Shown: piece after piece, positions 12,433 through 23,919 of the stretch
Layout: each line of letters begins with the position of its first letter
Numbering within the stretch: position 1 is the stretch's first letter
Source of the DNA: Mantamonas sphyraenae STR306
Taxonomy: Eukaryota > Protista > CRuMs
NCBI GenBank assembly: GCA_026936335.1
Contig: JAPMXV010000042.1
Location: 620,001-684,000 of the forward strand
Direction: 5' to 3'
Length of the DNA: 64,000 nt
Made by a program: the position numbers and the translations under genes
The notes under the pieces: generated by a model
The model's database searches: none
What the model saw: the letters and a program-made list of their open reading frames with translations, nothing else
Told to the model about the DNA's origin: nothing

Positions 12433-13674
12433 ATGATGAAAAGAGCCAAGGGTTGTTCATGTTGTTGGAAAGTGCATGTTTGGCTCTTGCTTGCACTGCT
12501 GTTCCTCGTCGTGGATGCCAAGCCGTCTGTGCGCAGGAGGCGAGGCGGAAGCAGCAACGCCTCACCCCAGCCCGGCGGCAGTGCAGAGGTGCCTTTTCGC
12601 GCAAACAACGCCACAGTCGAGTTTACAGAGGAGGAACTGGCGCTGTGTCCGTACGTGCAGCTGCTGGTGGGGGACGACTGCGTGGGATTTGTGCGCACAA
12701 TGTGGGAAGAGAAGCCGCAACACAGGCATGAAAGCAGCCCTGAGCTTGCCAAGCTCATGAGCACCCCCATTCTCAAGTGGGTGTTTGACACTTGGCGCCC
12801 AAACATTCATCCAAAGGACCATGGTCAGGTGGTCGTGCTCCGGGCCGGCTCGTTTCAACACGACGAGGCGGCCTTTCCCCACGGAAGCCCCATCACCTTT
12901 GACCAGGCGCACGAGGCTGTCATGAAACACAGTCGCACTGTTGTCATGCACAACACCGAACTCTATTGGCCTGTGCTGGGTGAGTTTGTCACCAAATTGG
13001 GCCGCTTTTTCAAGTTGTACGCCCAATCGAATGTTTACTGGACTGGACCTGGCCACACAGTGGCGACTTCGCCGCATCAGGACGCACAGAGTGTGTTCAT
13101 TGTCCAAGTGGAGGGCGAAAAACGATGGCAGGTGTTCCGACCGCCGTCCCTCTTGATGCCCAAGCCACTGCAGCGTGGCAAGGCCAACGACGTGCTCTCA
13201 CAGGAACACTTTGGACAGGCAGTGGTCGACGTGGTCCTTAAGCCCGGCGATGTGTTGTTTGTGCCGCGTGCATGGCCGCATACGACATCCACGGCAAACG
13301 CGTCGCAGCCTTCGCTGCACATCACTGTGGGTGTGGAAACGGAGTCGGACGACTGCTGCTGGGCTCACATTTTGGCCGAAGCCCTTCCCAAGGCCAAGGA
13401 AGCCATCATGGAGCGGTGGACGAGGGAAGTTCCACTGCGCCGGCACGTCCCTCGCCAGCTCTTGCGTCCAGCCCAGAGCATCCGTGGCACGGAATTCCAA
13501 CAGCAAGCATTGGATTTGCTGACTCATACGCAGCGACAGGCAGCCCTGCACGATGCTGATCGATTCTGGCGGGCCATCGACGAAGCCATCGAGAAGCGAC
13601 GCGATCTGGTTCGCCGCAAGCACGAGCAGATTGCTCGCATCAACGCCGCCGTGTTGCCGAAAGCCAACCAATGA
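12433..13674 (+). CDS. JmjC/Cupin_4 (ROX, NO66/MINA-like) 2-oxoglutarate oxygenase with predicted signal peptide
   Basis: SNVYWT, PHQDAQSVFIVQVEGEKRW, LKPGDVLFVPRAWPH, SLHITVG (HxD...H triad). N-terminal VWLLLALLFLVVDA|KP. Confidence 0.85.
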   Translation: MMKRAKGCSCCWKVHVWLLLALLFLVVDAKPSVRRRRGGSSNASPQPGGSAEVPFRANNATVEFTEEELALCPYVQLLVGDDCVGFVRTMWEEKPQHRHESSPELAKLMSTPILKWVFDTWRPNIHPKDHGQVVVLRAGSFQHDEAAFPHGSPITFDQAHEAVMKHSRTVVMHNTELYWPVLGEFVTKLGRFFKLYAQSNVYWTGPGHTVATSPHQDAQSVFIVQVEGEKRWQVFRPPSLLMPKPLQRGKANDVLSQEHFGQAVVDVVLKPGDVLFVPRAWPHTTSTANASQPSLHITVGVETESDDCCWAHILAEALPKAKEAIMERWTREVPLRRHVPRQLLRPAQSIRGTEFQQQALDLLTHTQRQAALHDADRFWRAIDEAIEKRRDLVRRKHEQIARINAAVLPKANQ

Positions 13675-13772
13675 ACAGAGTTGGTTGTATTCATGTGGTT
13701 GTGGGGTGGGTTCTTCATCATGAGGGGACATGCAATGCACGGGCGCTGCCACGTCATCTTTGCAGCATCCGC

Positions 13773-15230
13773 ATGACCGCTTCCCACCCGACGCAGGACG
13801 CAGAGAAGAAGCCTGCGCCCACCAACAGGCAGCTGGTGGCCCAGTACCTTGGCATTTCTGTGTCCTTGGCCGAACCCATTCTCTTTACGCTGTGCGTGGG
13901 TGGCATCTACGTGTGCTACCTTACCTACGGCCTGTACCAGGAGACCATGTACGTTTGTGGTCGTTGGACGCACTGTGCTCCCCTCCACACCCACCCACCC
14001 ACCCAAGCTTCATCTGCACACCTTCACGCGTGCCTATTGGTGTTCCGTAGCCACTGACACCACCCGTGCCGGAGCAGTTCCAAATCCACGTATGGCCCCG
14101 AAAACGCCCACTTCTCCTACACGGGGTTCCTGCTCTTTGTGCAGTGTCTGTTCAACATGATCATGGCCCGACTGGGTAGGTTGTTGCAGCATGTTGTGTC
14201 CCATGCTGCTTCCTGGCCCATCCTCGCCGTGCTGTTCCCGCCAGCTGACACGTCGCCCACCCAAGTCTTTCTCGTCATTCCGCCCGAGTCCTACCCACGC
14301 ACCTTTGTCAGTCGCCTGACCAAAGAGGCCAAGGTGGCGCAGACCCCTCCACCCATGTGGAAGTGGGCTCGTGTCTCCCTCGTCTATCTCACTGCCATGT
14401 TTGGCAGCAACGCCGCCCTGCGCTTCGTGGACTACCCGACGGCTGCCATCTCCAAGGCCTGCAAGCCCATTCCCGTCCTCCTTGTCTCTGTTCTGTGGTT
14501 GCGCAAGAAGGCACCCCTCCGCAAATTTGTTGTCGTGCTTCTTATCGTCTTTGGTATTGCCATCTTTATGCTGTACCGTCCAGGCAAAGCCGCTGCCGTC
14601 GCGGAAGCTGTCCACGATAGCACCTCCTTCACCGAGGCTCTCTTCCAGTCTGAATATGGCATTGGAGTCGCCCTGTTGATGCTTTCTCTCGCCTGTGACG
14701 GCTTCACCGGTCCTCTTCAGGAGGACATTGTCGAGCGTAAGTCACCATCCTTCCACTCGCCATCCTTGCTTTGTGTACACCGCTCACCCGCTCTCTCTCT
14801 CTCTCTTCTCTCTCTTCCACCAACGCCCACAGAGAACGCATGCACGAACTGGGAGCTGATGTACAATCTCAATCTGTATTCGCTGATGTGGAGCGGAGCA
14901 GTAGCACTTGCCGGTGGCGAGTTTGGCCCTGCCACAGCCCTGTGTCTCTCCGACTACATGCTCGTCCTGGATATCATCCGCTTTGCTCTCACGAGTGCCC
15001 TTGGCCAGCTTTTTATCTTTGTGACTCTCGTGGAATTCGGTTCCGTGGCCCTCAGTCTCACAACGACCACCCGCAAGTTCTTCACCATCCTCGTCTCTGT
15101 CATCAGCTTTGGCAACACCCTGGCTCCCATGCAGTGGGTTGCCGTGGCCATCGTCTTTTTCGGCCTTGCCATCGACGTGTGGGAGAAGCTCAGCAAGCCG
15201 CAGGGCAAGCCCAAGTCCAAAGCTGTGTAG
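13773..15230 (+). CDS. SLC35B1: UAA-family nucleotide-sugar/ATP transporter (SLC35B1/HUT1-like); 3 introns
   Basis: GIYVCYLTYGLYQE, SNAALRFVDYPT...KACKPIPV, SLACDGFTGPLQE, LGQLFIF, TTTRKFFTILVS; C-terminal di-lysine-like KPKSKAV. Confidence 0.9.
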
Positions 15231-15265
15231 CGCTGTGGAATGCAAATGCAATGCAATTGTTCTGT

Positions 15266-16807
15266 TTATCTGCTTTCCAACGATCGCATCACCGACTGAG
15301 ACAGTTCTACCAGACGCTTGCCCATCTGCTCGACGCTGGCCCAGTCTGCTTCTTCCAGGTCATCTGCCTCTACTGCGGCACCCTCGTCGTCTCCAGTCAG
15401 CTGTTTCACAAACGTCCCAAATGAACGTTGCTGTTTGTCCCACTGAATGCCCACAGCCTTGTTTGCTGTCCTCTCCTTTTCCACATCCGCTGCAGCTGCA
15501 GCTTGGCTGTTACTACGGCTCACGTCCACTGCGGACGCTGCAGCTGTTGCCGCCGCTGTTGTAGCCGTCTCCGAAGCCGCTCCCCCGTCACCGTCCTCTG
15601 TCTCCATGCTGCTGTTGCTATTGTTTCCCTTGCTTGTGTTTGCCGCGCTTGTCTTATTGCCTGCCGCGACGCTTGCCAGAGCCCCGCTGCTGCTGCTGCT
15701 GGTGATCCTGTTCAGCGAGATCACTTTCTTTGGAACACTGCCTGTTCGGTCGCGGTCGCTACTCGCAGACACAGACGCCTTCAGCGATGCCGGCTTTGTT
15801 GCTGCGGGTGATGACGACGAGCCGACGAGCGCAATCCTCGCCCGTTTCTTGCCTCCCGTGACTGCTTCTTCTGTGCTATCTGTCTCGCCTGCCAGAGCGT
15901 CTGCTACACCTCGCTTCTTCCCCTTGCCAGGTGCGTCGCCACCGGCCACAGTGGTCACTGCAGGTGCAGCAGCGGATGATGAAGCCGCGCTTGTCCCCTG
16001 TGCGCTTGGACTGCCTGTGCTTGCTGTGGTTGCTCCTGCACCACTTGAACCAGCCTCTTTGCCTCCATTCGCTGCCATCTGTGCTTTCTTGCGCCTCTTT
16101 TCCTCCATAATCTGAGCAAATGACTTGGGCCCGCCAAACACCTTTCCTGCGCCTCCAGCCCCTCCACCTGCTCCCCCTGTCCCTGAACCAGCTGACGCAC
16201 CGTCTCCCTTCCCGGCTTCTGTCTCTTCGGCCGCCTTGCCACTATTCAGTTTGTCTGCGCTGCTCGTGCTGTTGTTCAACGAGATGATCTTTGGTCGAAC
16301 GACGGAACCTGCGCCGCCGCTTCCGCCATCTGCCCCTGCCGTGCCGTCTCCTGCAGCTCCGTTCCCTGATGAACCACCCAACGAGCCTGCAACTCCTCCA
16401 CTGGCCTTGTTTGCGCTGCTCTTGTCATCCCCAACACTCTCCTCTGTGTCCATCGCGCTCTGATCAGTTCCAACCTGCCCGCCTTCCGTCTTCTTTCGCC
16501 CTGCCACCCCGCTGGACGCGCTCTTGGCCAGCGCCAGGCCGCTCTTCCCCCCCTTGCCCTTCTTTGTGTTTAGCGACGCAAACTTGGGATCGTGGTAGAA
16601 GCTGCACTTGTCCCCACGTGTGCACTTGCCCTGCTGCCAGAAATTGCACGGCTTCTGGCCGCCTGACCCGGTGATGCCCGACGACGACGACGACGACGAC
16701 GACAAAGCCGACCCTTTCTTGGACGGGTCGTGCTTGTATTCGCACAGTTCGCCCTTTGTGCACGTGCCACTCAGGTAGTAGATGCAATCGGCTTTGTTGT
16801 CAGACAT
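15266..16807 (-). CDS. CCCH zinc-finger protein (ZC3H11-like N-terminus) with long low-complexity region
   Basis: CIYYLSGTCTKGELCEYKH and CNFWQQGKCTRGDKCSFYH; also a KSFAQIMEEKRRKK motif. Confidence 0.8.
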   Translation of the reverse strand: MSDNKADCIYYLSGTCTKGELCEYKHDPSKKGSALSSSSSSSSGITGSGGQKPCNFWQQGKCTRGDKCSFYHDPKFASLNTKKGKGGKSGLALAKSASSGVAGRKKTEGGQVGTDQSAMDTEESVGDDKSSANKASGGVAGSLGGSSGNGAAGDGTAGADGGSGGAGSVVRPKIISLNNSTSSADKLNSGKAAEETEAGKGDGASAGSGTGGAGGGAGGAGKVFGGPKSFAQIMEEKRRKKAQMAANGGKEAGSSGAGATTASTGSPSAQGTSAASSSAAAPAVTTVAGGDAPGKGKKRGVADALAGETDSTEEAVTGGKKRARIALVGSSSSPAATKPASLKASVSASSDRDRTGSVPKKVISLNRITSSSSSGALASVAAGNKTSAANTSKGNNSNSSMETEDGDGGAASETATTAAATAAASAVDVSRSNSQAAAAADVEKERTANKAVGIQWDKQQRSFGTFVKQLTGDDEGAAVEADDLEEADWASVEQMGKRLVELSQSVMRSLESR

Positions 16808-16872
16808 CCAGCGGTTTGTTCTGTTCGCGACGACGCACCCACAACTTTTCCTCCTCCTTCTGCTCATTCCGC

Positions 16873-19800
16873 ATGTTCAACGTTCTCCAACCCCACGGAG
16901 GCAGCATCCAGTCCGACCTGGTCTCTATGGTCACCGACCTGTTTGGAACCACTCTGGAGGTCAGTTTCTCGCCCATGCTGTGTGCCTATGAAAAAACGCA
17001 GCACAGGGCGGCCATGTCGCTTTGCAGCTGCTCGGCCGTCCCTCCCTCCGCTTCCGAACGCCTTACTCACCCACGCCCAATCCCACACCAATGCCACAGG
17101 ACCTGCAACCGCCTGAGAACCTCACCTTCCAGCAGGTCATTGACGACGAAGTGGGTCGCAGTTACCTGCGTCGATTCCTGCAGCGGGACCAAAAAGACGA
17201 AGGCATCGCCTTTGTGTACGCCGTTGATCGCTTCAAAGAGTGCGTTTCTCCCGCTCCTGGCCAGCTGCAAAGTCACATCGCCTCCTCGCTCACACCTTCA
17301 TTTACATCGCCAATCCCCTCGTCGTCTCCTGCCCCTTCTTGTGCAGACTGCCGCCCGAAGAACGCCTTCAGGAGGCCCGTACCGTCATCTCGGTGTTTCT
17401 GGAGGAGGAGGGCGATGCACGCCTCCCCGATCTCCACCTCGTACGTTTTCCTCTTTGCCCCAACACCCTGCCATGTGGTCCACACCCCTTCGTCACATCA
17501 CCCTCTGCTCTACCCCCATGCCATTCGTGCTTCTCTACACACCCCTTCCTCGTCCCATGTTGACACCCGGGGCAAAATTGCGCTCCACAACTCCGGCGTC
17601 ACCTCCCCTCCCCGCACAGACGAAGCACAGGCAGAGGATCCTCGATCGCCTGGACAACGAAGATGAAGCCGCACTGGATGTACGTTGTATTCCATGGCAC
17701 TCCTGTCTCCTCCGGCCACGCCCTCCTGTCTCTAGGTGCTGCTTTCCAGGACCCGCTCACGTCGCACACCTCCTCGCCGCTCCCTCTTGCACAGCTTTTC
17801 GACGCAACTGTGACTCCGGTGCTTCGCTCTATGCGCCAGAATTCCTGGGAGAAGTTTGGCGTCAGCACAGAGTACAAGCAGTACCTCGAATCATGCGTCA
17901 ACCTCTACCAGGAACGCTGCAGCACAAACATGGTGAGTTTTGTGCAACCCCTCCTCCGCTTTCTTCGCCCTCCTCTTGCTTCCAGCACGTCCCCATTCGT
18001 ACGCACAAACTCACATACGCATGTCCTCCTCCATGACAACACCCTCCACACCTTTCTGTGCCTACTTGCCTCTCCTTGTGCAGCTTTCTGGCTACACCGA
18101 TCATGCTGATTCCCTCCTAAGGTTATCGGATGTCGTGTACAGTGTCCACGACCTCATCGAGAAGCTCATTGTCTTTAACGGCTTCCTCAAGTACACACAG
18201 AACCGCCGCCTGGACAACCACCTGGCTTTTCTGTTGCAGGTAGGTGTCCCCTGCGCCCAAGCTTGCTCGCAACCGCCCTTTCCTTTCACCCAGCCAGCTG
18301 ACCCTCATGCCCATCGCCACGTGCATGCGAACCTTGCCTGTTTCTTTTGTCTGCACAGGTTATGCGTGCAAAGAACCTGTACACGCGGTTGCTCCACCTC
18401 GAGAACGGCGGCGACGAGGAGGATCCGGGCGATAGCTCTCGCAAGTCCTACCATGAGTGCGACACTCGCTTCATGTCCCGCGACCAGTGTCTCACTGCCC
18501 TCGCCGAAGTGTACACCGCCATCCACGACACCTTCTTCTTTGAATATTCGCCCAAGCTGCTTGCTGTGCGTGAGGCTTCTCGCAACGAAGTCGTCGCACA
18601 GCTTAGTCCGCGCTTCAACAACGCCAAGCCCCCTCGCTTCCGCTCTGAAGACGACGCTAGCCTCCCGGATGACGACAACGACGAGGTCAACGGCCAAGAG
18701 ATCGATGCCCAGCAGGACGGCGACAGCACGGACGACGCAGACACGCAACCCGTCGAGGTGCCCTCGTTCGATGAATTGCCCCCGCCAAGCATCTTTGACG
18801 ACGCCGTGGCCCAGGTACAGGATCTTATGCGCCGCAAGTGCGACGTGTACACAGCCTCGCAGATGTACAAAACGGAGCGCAGGCGCATCACGCAGTTCCT
18901 GCCCGAACTGGAAAAGCCCAAGGACAGCAGCGCTCACCTTGCTCGCTACAAAGTGGACCTCGCCCTCACCTTCATGCAAGTCACCATGGTGTCTGGTGAA
19001 CGCGACCTCCTCAAACTCCCCTCGTCCCTCTCCTCGACCAAGGACATCCGCGCCCTGGTCCACGGCACAGCCTCTCGCCTCATGATGTTTCACTGGTTTG
19101 AGCGATTTGTCGCCAGCGAGTATTCCTCCGAGAATTTGACCTTTATTCTCGAGATGCAGCTGTGGCAGGATCTACTGCGTGCAAACGCCTCGCAATCCGT
19201 GATGCTCGCGCGCGCAAATGTCATCGTCAAGGAGTATCTCCTTGCAGGCGTGCCCAACTCACTCAACATTTCCTACGAGATGCGCCAAGAGGCCCTCGAG
19301 CTCCACGAGAAAAAGATTCTCGACGGTCTGTTTGAGCCCTCCACCTCCGAGACTGAAATCCTCCTTGTGAAGGACACGCACGGTCGGTTTGCAGAAACAG
19401 ATCGGTACCTGCATGCAGAGACTCCGGCCCAGGCTGTGCTCACTGTCCAGAGCTACGACGACGAGCAGTGGGTGGCCGACAACGAAGGCTTTCACCAACT
19501 GTTCAACCTCGCAGACGTCCCACACACCATCCTCTCCATGCCTGTTTCCCTGCGCCAGTCGGAGATCCTCATCAACGGCACCCTTGTGCTCACCAACAAC
19601 TACATGTGCTTCGCTGGCTACTTTTTCGGCTTTGAGGTCCGTGAAGTGATCGAACTCAAACGCATCGAGGGCGTCATGCTCAAGCATGTCGACAACCAGG
19701 TGTCACACTTGCCTGCAGACGTGTCCAGCGCAAGTGTACGTGGCAAGTCGGCAGGACGCCACGCATTTCTGGCCTCATCCTCGGCAGGCTCGTCGTCATC

Positions 19801-21393
19801 ATCATCATCATCGTCGTCGTCGTCATCAACATCCTCTGCATCCTCTTCCTCTTCGCTCTCGTCATCATCCTCTTCGGCGCTTGCCTCCACTTCCTCCGCC
19901 GCGCAGCCGGCGAGTTCTGCCGGGTCAGGTTCGGGCTGGGCGTCTTCATCCGGCGTCAGCGAAGAAGACGGCCTTACGTCCATGGTGGAGATCCTGGGCA
20001 CAGTGAGCGACGACACTCCCTTTGTGTACGAGTGCTTCACGGCAACGGCGGAGGAGGTGCCGGAACTGCACAGCATGCTGCTGCGCCTCTGGACATCGCT
20101 GGGTGTGGCGCGCGGCTCCAGTGTGCGCTCCATGTCCACCATTCGGCGAGCAGCCAAACAGGAGCTCAGCAAGCTCGGTACAGGCTCAGAGAGCGCTTTC
20201 ATCCGAGGCCGCTCCTGGATCTACTTTGCAGATGGGGCCACCCAATCGTCGTTTGAGCCGGACGCTCTCATCGCCGACAGGGGCACAATCATGCACTCTT
20301 TCTTTCAGGTGTGCGATGGCACTGTGCTCATGGAGGTGATTTCCGAGTCGGGGGAGACGTTTGTGCGCGAGCTAGGCCCTGGCGAACACTGTTGCGAGGA
20401 GTACTTTGTGATGCCCGGCAAGCTGCGCAACAAACTCACAGCGGGCTCTCGGGGAGCCATTGTGTACGAGCTCACCGACGGCCACATCCAAGATCTGCTG
20501 GATCTGGAGCCTGCGCTGACGGGCCGCTTCTACCGCTTTATCGGCATCCGGCTGTCGGAGCAGCTGATTGCGCAAAAGGCGGTGATGAAAGAGCACAGCC
20601 ACAACGAAGAGACGCAAAAGGCTCTGATGAATGTGGTGGATCTGCGAAAGCGCTTCCGGCTCGGCGACAGCGAAGAGGTGTTGAGTGCGTGGAGCGCGTC
20701 GCTGTCCAAGAAGCTGATGCTGCACGGCGAACTGTTTCTGTTTACAAACAACCTGTGCTTTCAGGGGAAGATGATGGGCATGACCATGAAGGAGGTGCTG
20801 CCACTCACCGAAATCGGTTCGGTGTTGGACAACGACACCGAGTTGGAAATCGGCATGATGGACGAAAAGACGTACACATTCTGCAAGCTGAACAACACCA
20901 AGCAGGTGTTTGAAGAGGTGACTGAGCAGTGGCGCGACGCAAAGCAGAGGGAACGACAGAGCGGGCGCCGCCAACGCCCTATTGGGGGCGGAGAAGTGTC
21001 GGAAGAAGACGAGATTCTGACGCATATGGACAAGAAGGTGCTGCTGATGGGTGCCAAACAGGCAGGATTCATGAAGGATCAGAGATTCTGCGGCAGGGCG
21101 AGGTGTGTCATTGCATCTACCAAATCGGGGACGGCCAGGTGCGTGTGGAGAAAGGGTTTGGGAGCAAGCGCAAGGTGATGGCCACACTGGAGACAGGTGA
21201 CATGTTTGGCGAGATCTCCTTCCTGATGGGCGGCACCGCATCCGCATCCGTGGTTGCAGACAGCGACACGGTGGACATTGTCATGATTGACGAACAGTTC
21301 CTGAACAGGCTGCTGGAGAGCCAGCCGACGCTGCCCAGCAGGTTTTTCAAGTATTTGGCCAAGGTTCTTACGCAGCGGGTGTTGCGCAAGTGA
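16873..21393 (+). CDS. Multidomain signalling protein: 3x RGS, GRAM, cNMP-binding, GRAM, cNMP-binding; 6 introns; frameshift at ~21082
   Basis: Seven exons splice in frame with GT-AG. RGS: FERFVASEYSSENLTFILE...LNIS. GRAM: NGTLVLTNNYMCF and HGELFLFTNNLCF. cNMP: RELGPGEHCCE and TLETGDMFGEISFLMGGTASASVVA. Confidence 0.8.
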
Positions 21394-21476
21394 CGCAATG
21401 AGCCATTGAGTGCGCAGCTGCTGGAGAGTCCGCGCCATTTCAACAAATCGAATTTGAACCTGATTCGCTGTGGGGA

Positions 21477-23716
21477 ATGTCGTCGCACGTGGGACCGTAT
21501 GTGTTAAATCGGCGTTTGGGCCAGGGCACCACTGGTAAAGTAAAGCTGGGTATCCATGAAGAGACTGGGGAGCACGTTGCCATCAAAATCGTTAGTAAGG
21601 ATTACCTCCTTAGCAAGCCACAGCTGTCCAAGAAGATTGAACGGGAGATTGCTATTCTCAAGTTGATTGATCACCCACACATTCTGAAATTGATTGACGT
21701 CTACGAGACGCGCAAGCACCTGTAAGGGCAGCGGTTTTTTTTCGCGGGTGTTTGACGTTGGTGGCGAAAGTCGAAATGGGGGTGGGCCAAGCAGGAGGGC
21801 GAGCATCAGTGCTGACACGGGAGGACTTTGGGCTGTGTGGGTGGACGTGCGATGGGGTGGGACGACGGGACGGTGCAGGTTCCTGGTGCTGGAGTACATT
21901 GAAGGAGGTGAGCTGTTCGACTATCTCGTCAGCAAGACGCGGCTGGAGCAAGACGAGGCGTTGCATTTTTTCCAGCAGATCATCTTTGCGCTGGACTATT
22001 GTCACGAGCACTTGGTGTGTCACCGAGACATGAAGCCCGAGAATCTGTTGCTAGACGGCGACAACAACATCAAGATCGCAGACTTTGGGATGGCGTCCAT
22101 GCAGAAGAAAACGGGCCTTCTTCGCACGAGCTGCGGGTGAGTTGAAAATGGGTGAGGGTGTGAGGGTGGAGCGCGCGAGGGTTATCGGCGTGCAGGAAGG
22201 CTGACACAGAGGCGGAACGGACTTGGATGCGAACCGTGTGGACGCGCAGATCACCACACTACGCGTCACCCGAGGTTGTGATGGGCAAGAAGTACAATGG
22301 CATGCAGGCAGACGTGTGGAGCTGCGGGGTGATCTTGTACGCGTTGCTGACGGGCAAGCTGCCATTTGACGACAACAACATCCGGCTGCTGCTACACAAG
22401 GTCAAAACGGGCATTTTTACGATTCCGTCATACGTTCCACCGCTGGCACGGGACCTGATCACAAAGATGATCACGGTGGACCCGAAAAGGCGGATCAGCG
22501 TGGGCGAGATCAAAGAGCATCCGTGGTTCACTCTGCTCACGCCATCAGTGCCAAGGGCAGTGTTTGCTGACCTGGACAAGAAGCACAAGGCCATTGAGCC
22601 CGAGGAGCTGGATGAGGAGTTGGTGGGCTCGTTGCGGTCGTTGGGTTTCGGGGAGAGCACGGAGAACCTGTTTGACCTGCTTTGTACAGAGCTGCAAACG
22701 GTGGAGAAGGTGTTCTACCGTATCATGTTGAAGCGCAAGCGGGTGCGAGAAGGACTGCCAGACAGCGACACAGACGGGGAGGAACACGACGAGGCGGAGC
22801 GCCAGGAGGACGACCAGGATGACAACGAGGATCTGTTTCTGTTTGACGACGAGCCTGGACAGGCGGGCGACGAGGAAGAGGAGGAGGACGAGGAGGACGG
22901 GAACGGGGACGGCCTGGAGCTGGACGATGTGGTGGGGCGAGGTCAGCGGTTCCGAGGTGGCAGCGAAAGTGGCAAGGAGAGCATGCTGTCGTCTTCATCG
23001 ACAGCCCAACGGGGCACACGGATGGACCATTCCTACGGAAGGGGATCGGGAGGAATGGTGCTGGATGAGGGGAGTCCCATGGGACGCTTTTCCTCGTCGT
23101 ACAACCCAAGCTCGATGGACGACTCGCCGTACGCGAGTCACATGACCAACTTTGATCTGACGGGCACGACACCGACGTTCCACAGGGCCATCCGCAACCG
23201 GTGGGAAACGGACGAGGAGCTGGAGGCAGGGACACCGTCGACGCCCATGTCGATCATGGAGCAGTTTGGACACACGCGACACACGTCGTCGTCGTCGTCG
23301 TCGTCTTCGTCAGCATACCAGCAGCGACTCAACATGGACCAGATCGAGGAAGAAGAAATGCCTGTGGAATTGTCGTCCAACTCGCAGGGGGACGACGAAC
23401 AATTTGTGTTTGAGGCAGACGGAATGGAGAGCACAGACAAGCAGAACAGGGCGAGCAAGACGATTATGACACGTATGCTGCCGCGAAAGATCACGAGCGC
23501 CATCAAGAACCTTGTGCAGTCTCGATGCGAAGAGTATGAGCAGCGGACAGCAACTCGTTCTCTGCGGTGTACCGGGAAGACGAGGAGCGAATGGTTGTGC
23601 AGCTGCGCATCGAAGCTGGCCTGGCCACTTACTCTGTCGTTGTGACATCGTTGGCCGGCAACTCGAAGCTGCTGGGTGCGTTTTGCGAGCTTGTGGAAGA
23701 GTGTGTGGCCGCATAG
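21477..23716 (+). CDS. BRSK/SAD (Gin4/Hsl1)-type AMPK-related Ser/Thr kinase with C-terminal KA1-like domain; 2 introns; frameshift at ~23543
   Basis: [68 protein letters not shown]1-like tail in the -1 frame ends at TAG 23714-23716. Confidence 0.9.
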
Positions 23717-23881
23717 GAATGGAAGGGCGTCTTTGGGAGTGGCGTGGTCTTTGGGAATGGAGTGGGTTTTGTGCAGCGGGTGAAGGGGTTGGGGAAGGAT
23801 GGCGACCTCTGGGAGTGGGAAGGAAGGGTGTGAGTGCAGTGCGCTGGCAAGTGCAACCATCTCGCCCGTGTTCAGTGTCCA

Positions 23882-23883
23882 AT

Positions 23884-23919
<36 letters not shown>

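Noticed and set aside
21051-21082. 32-nt GT...AG micro-introns could formally repair the frameshifts at ~7935, 21082 and ~23543
   Set aside because: No branch point, far shorter than other introns here, would delete conserved cNMP-domain residues, and no 32-nt solution exists for AlaRS. Probably chance.
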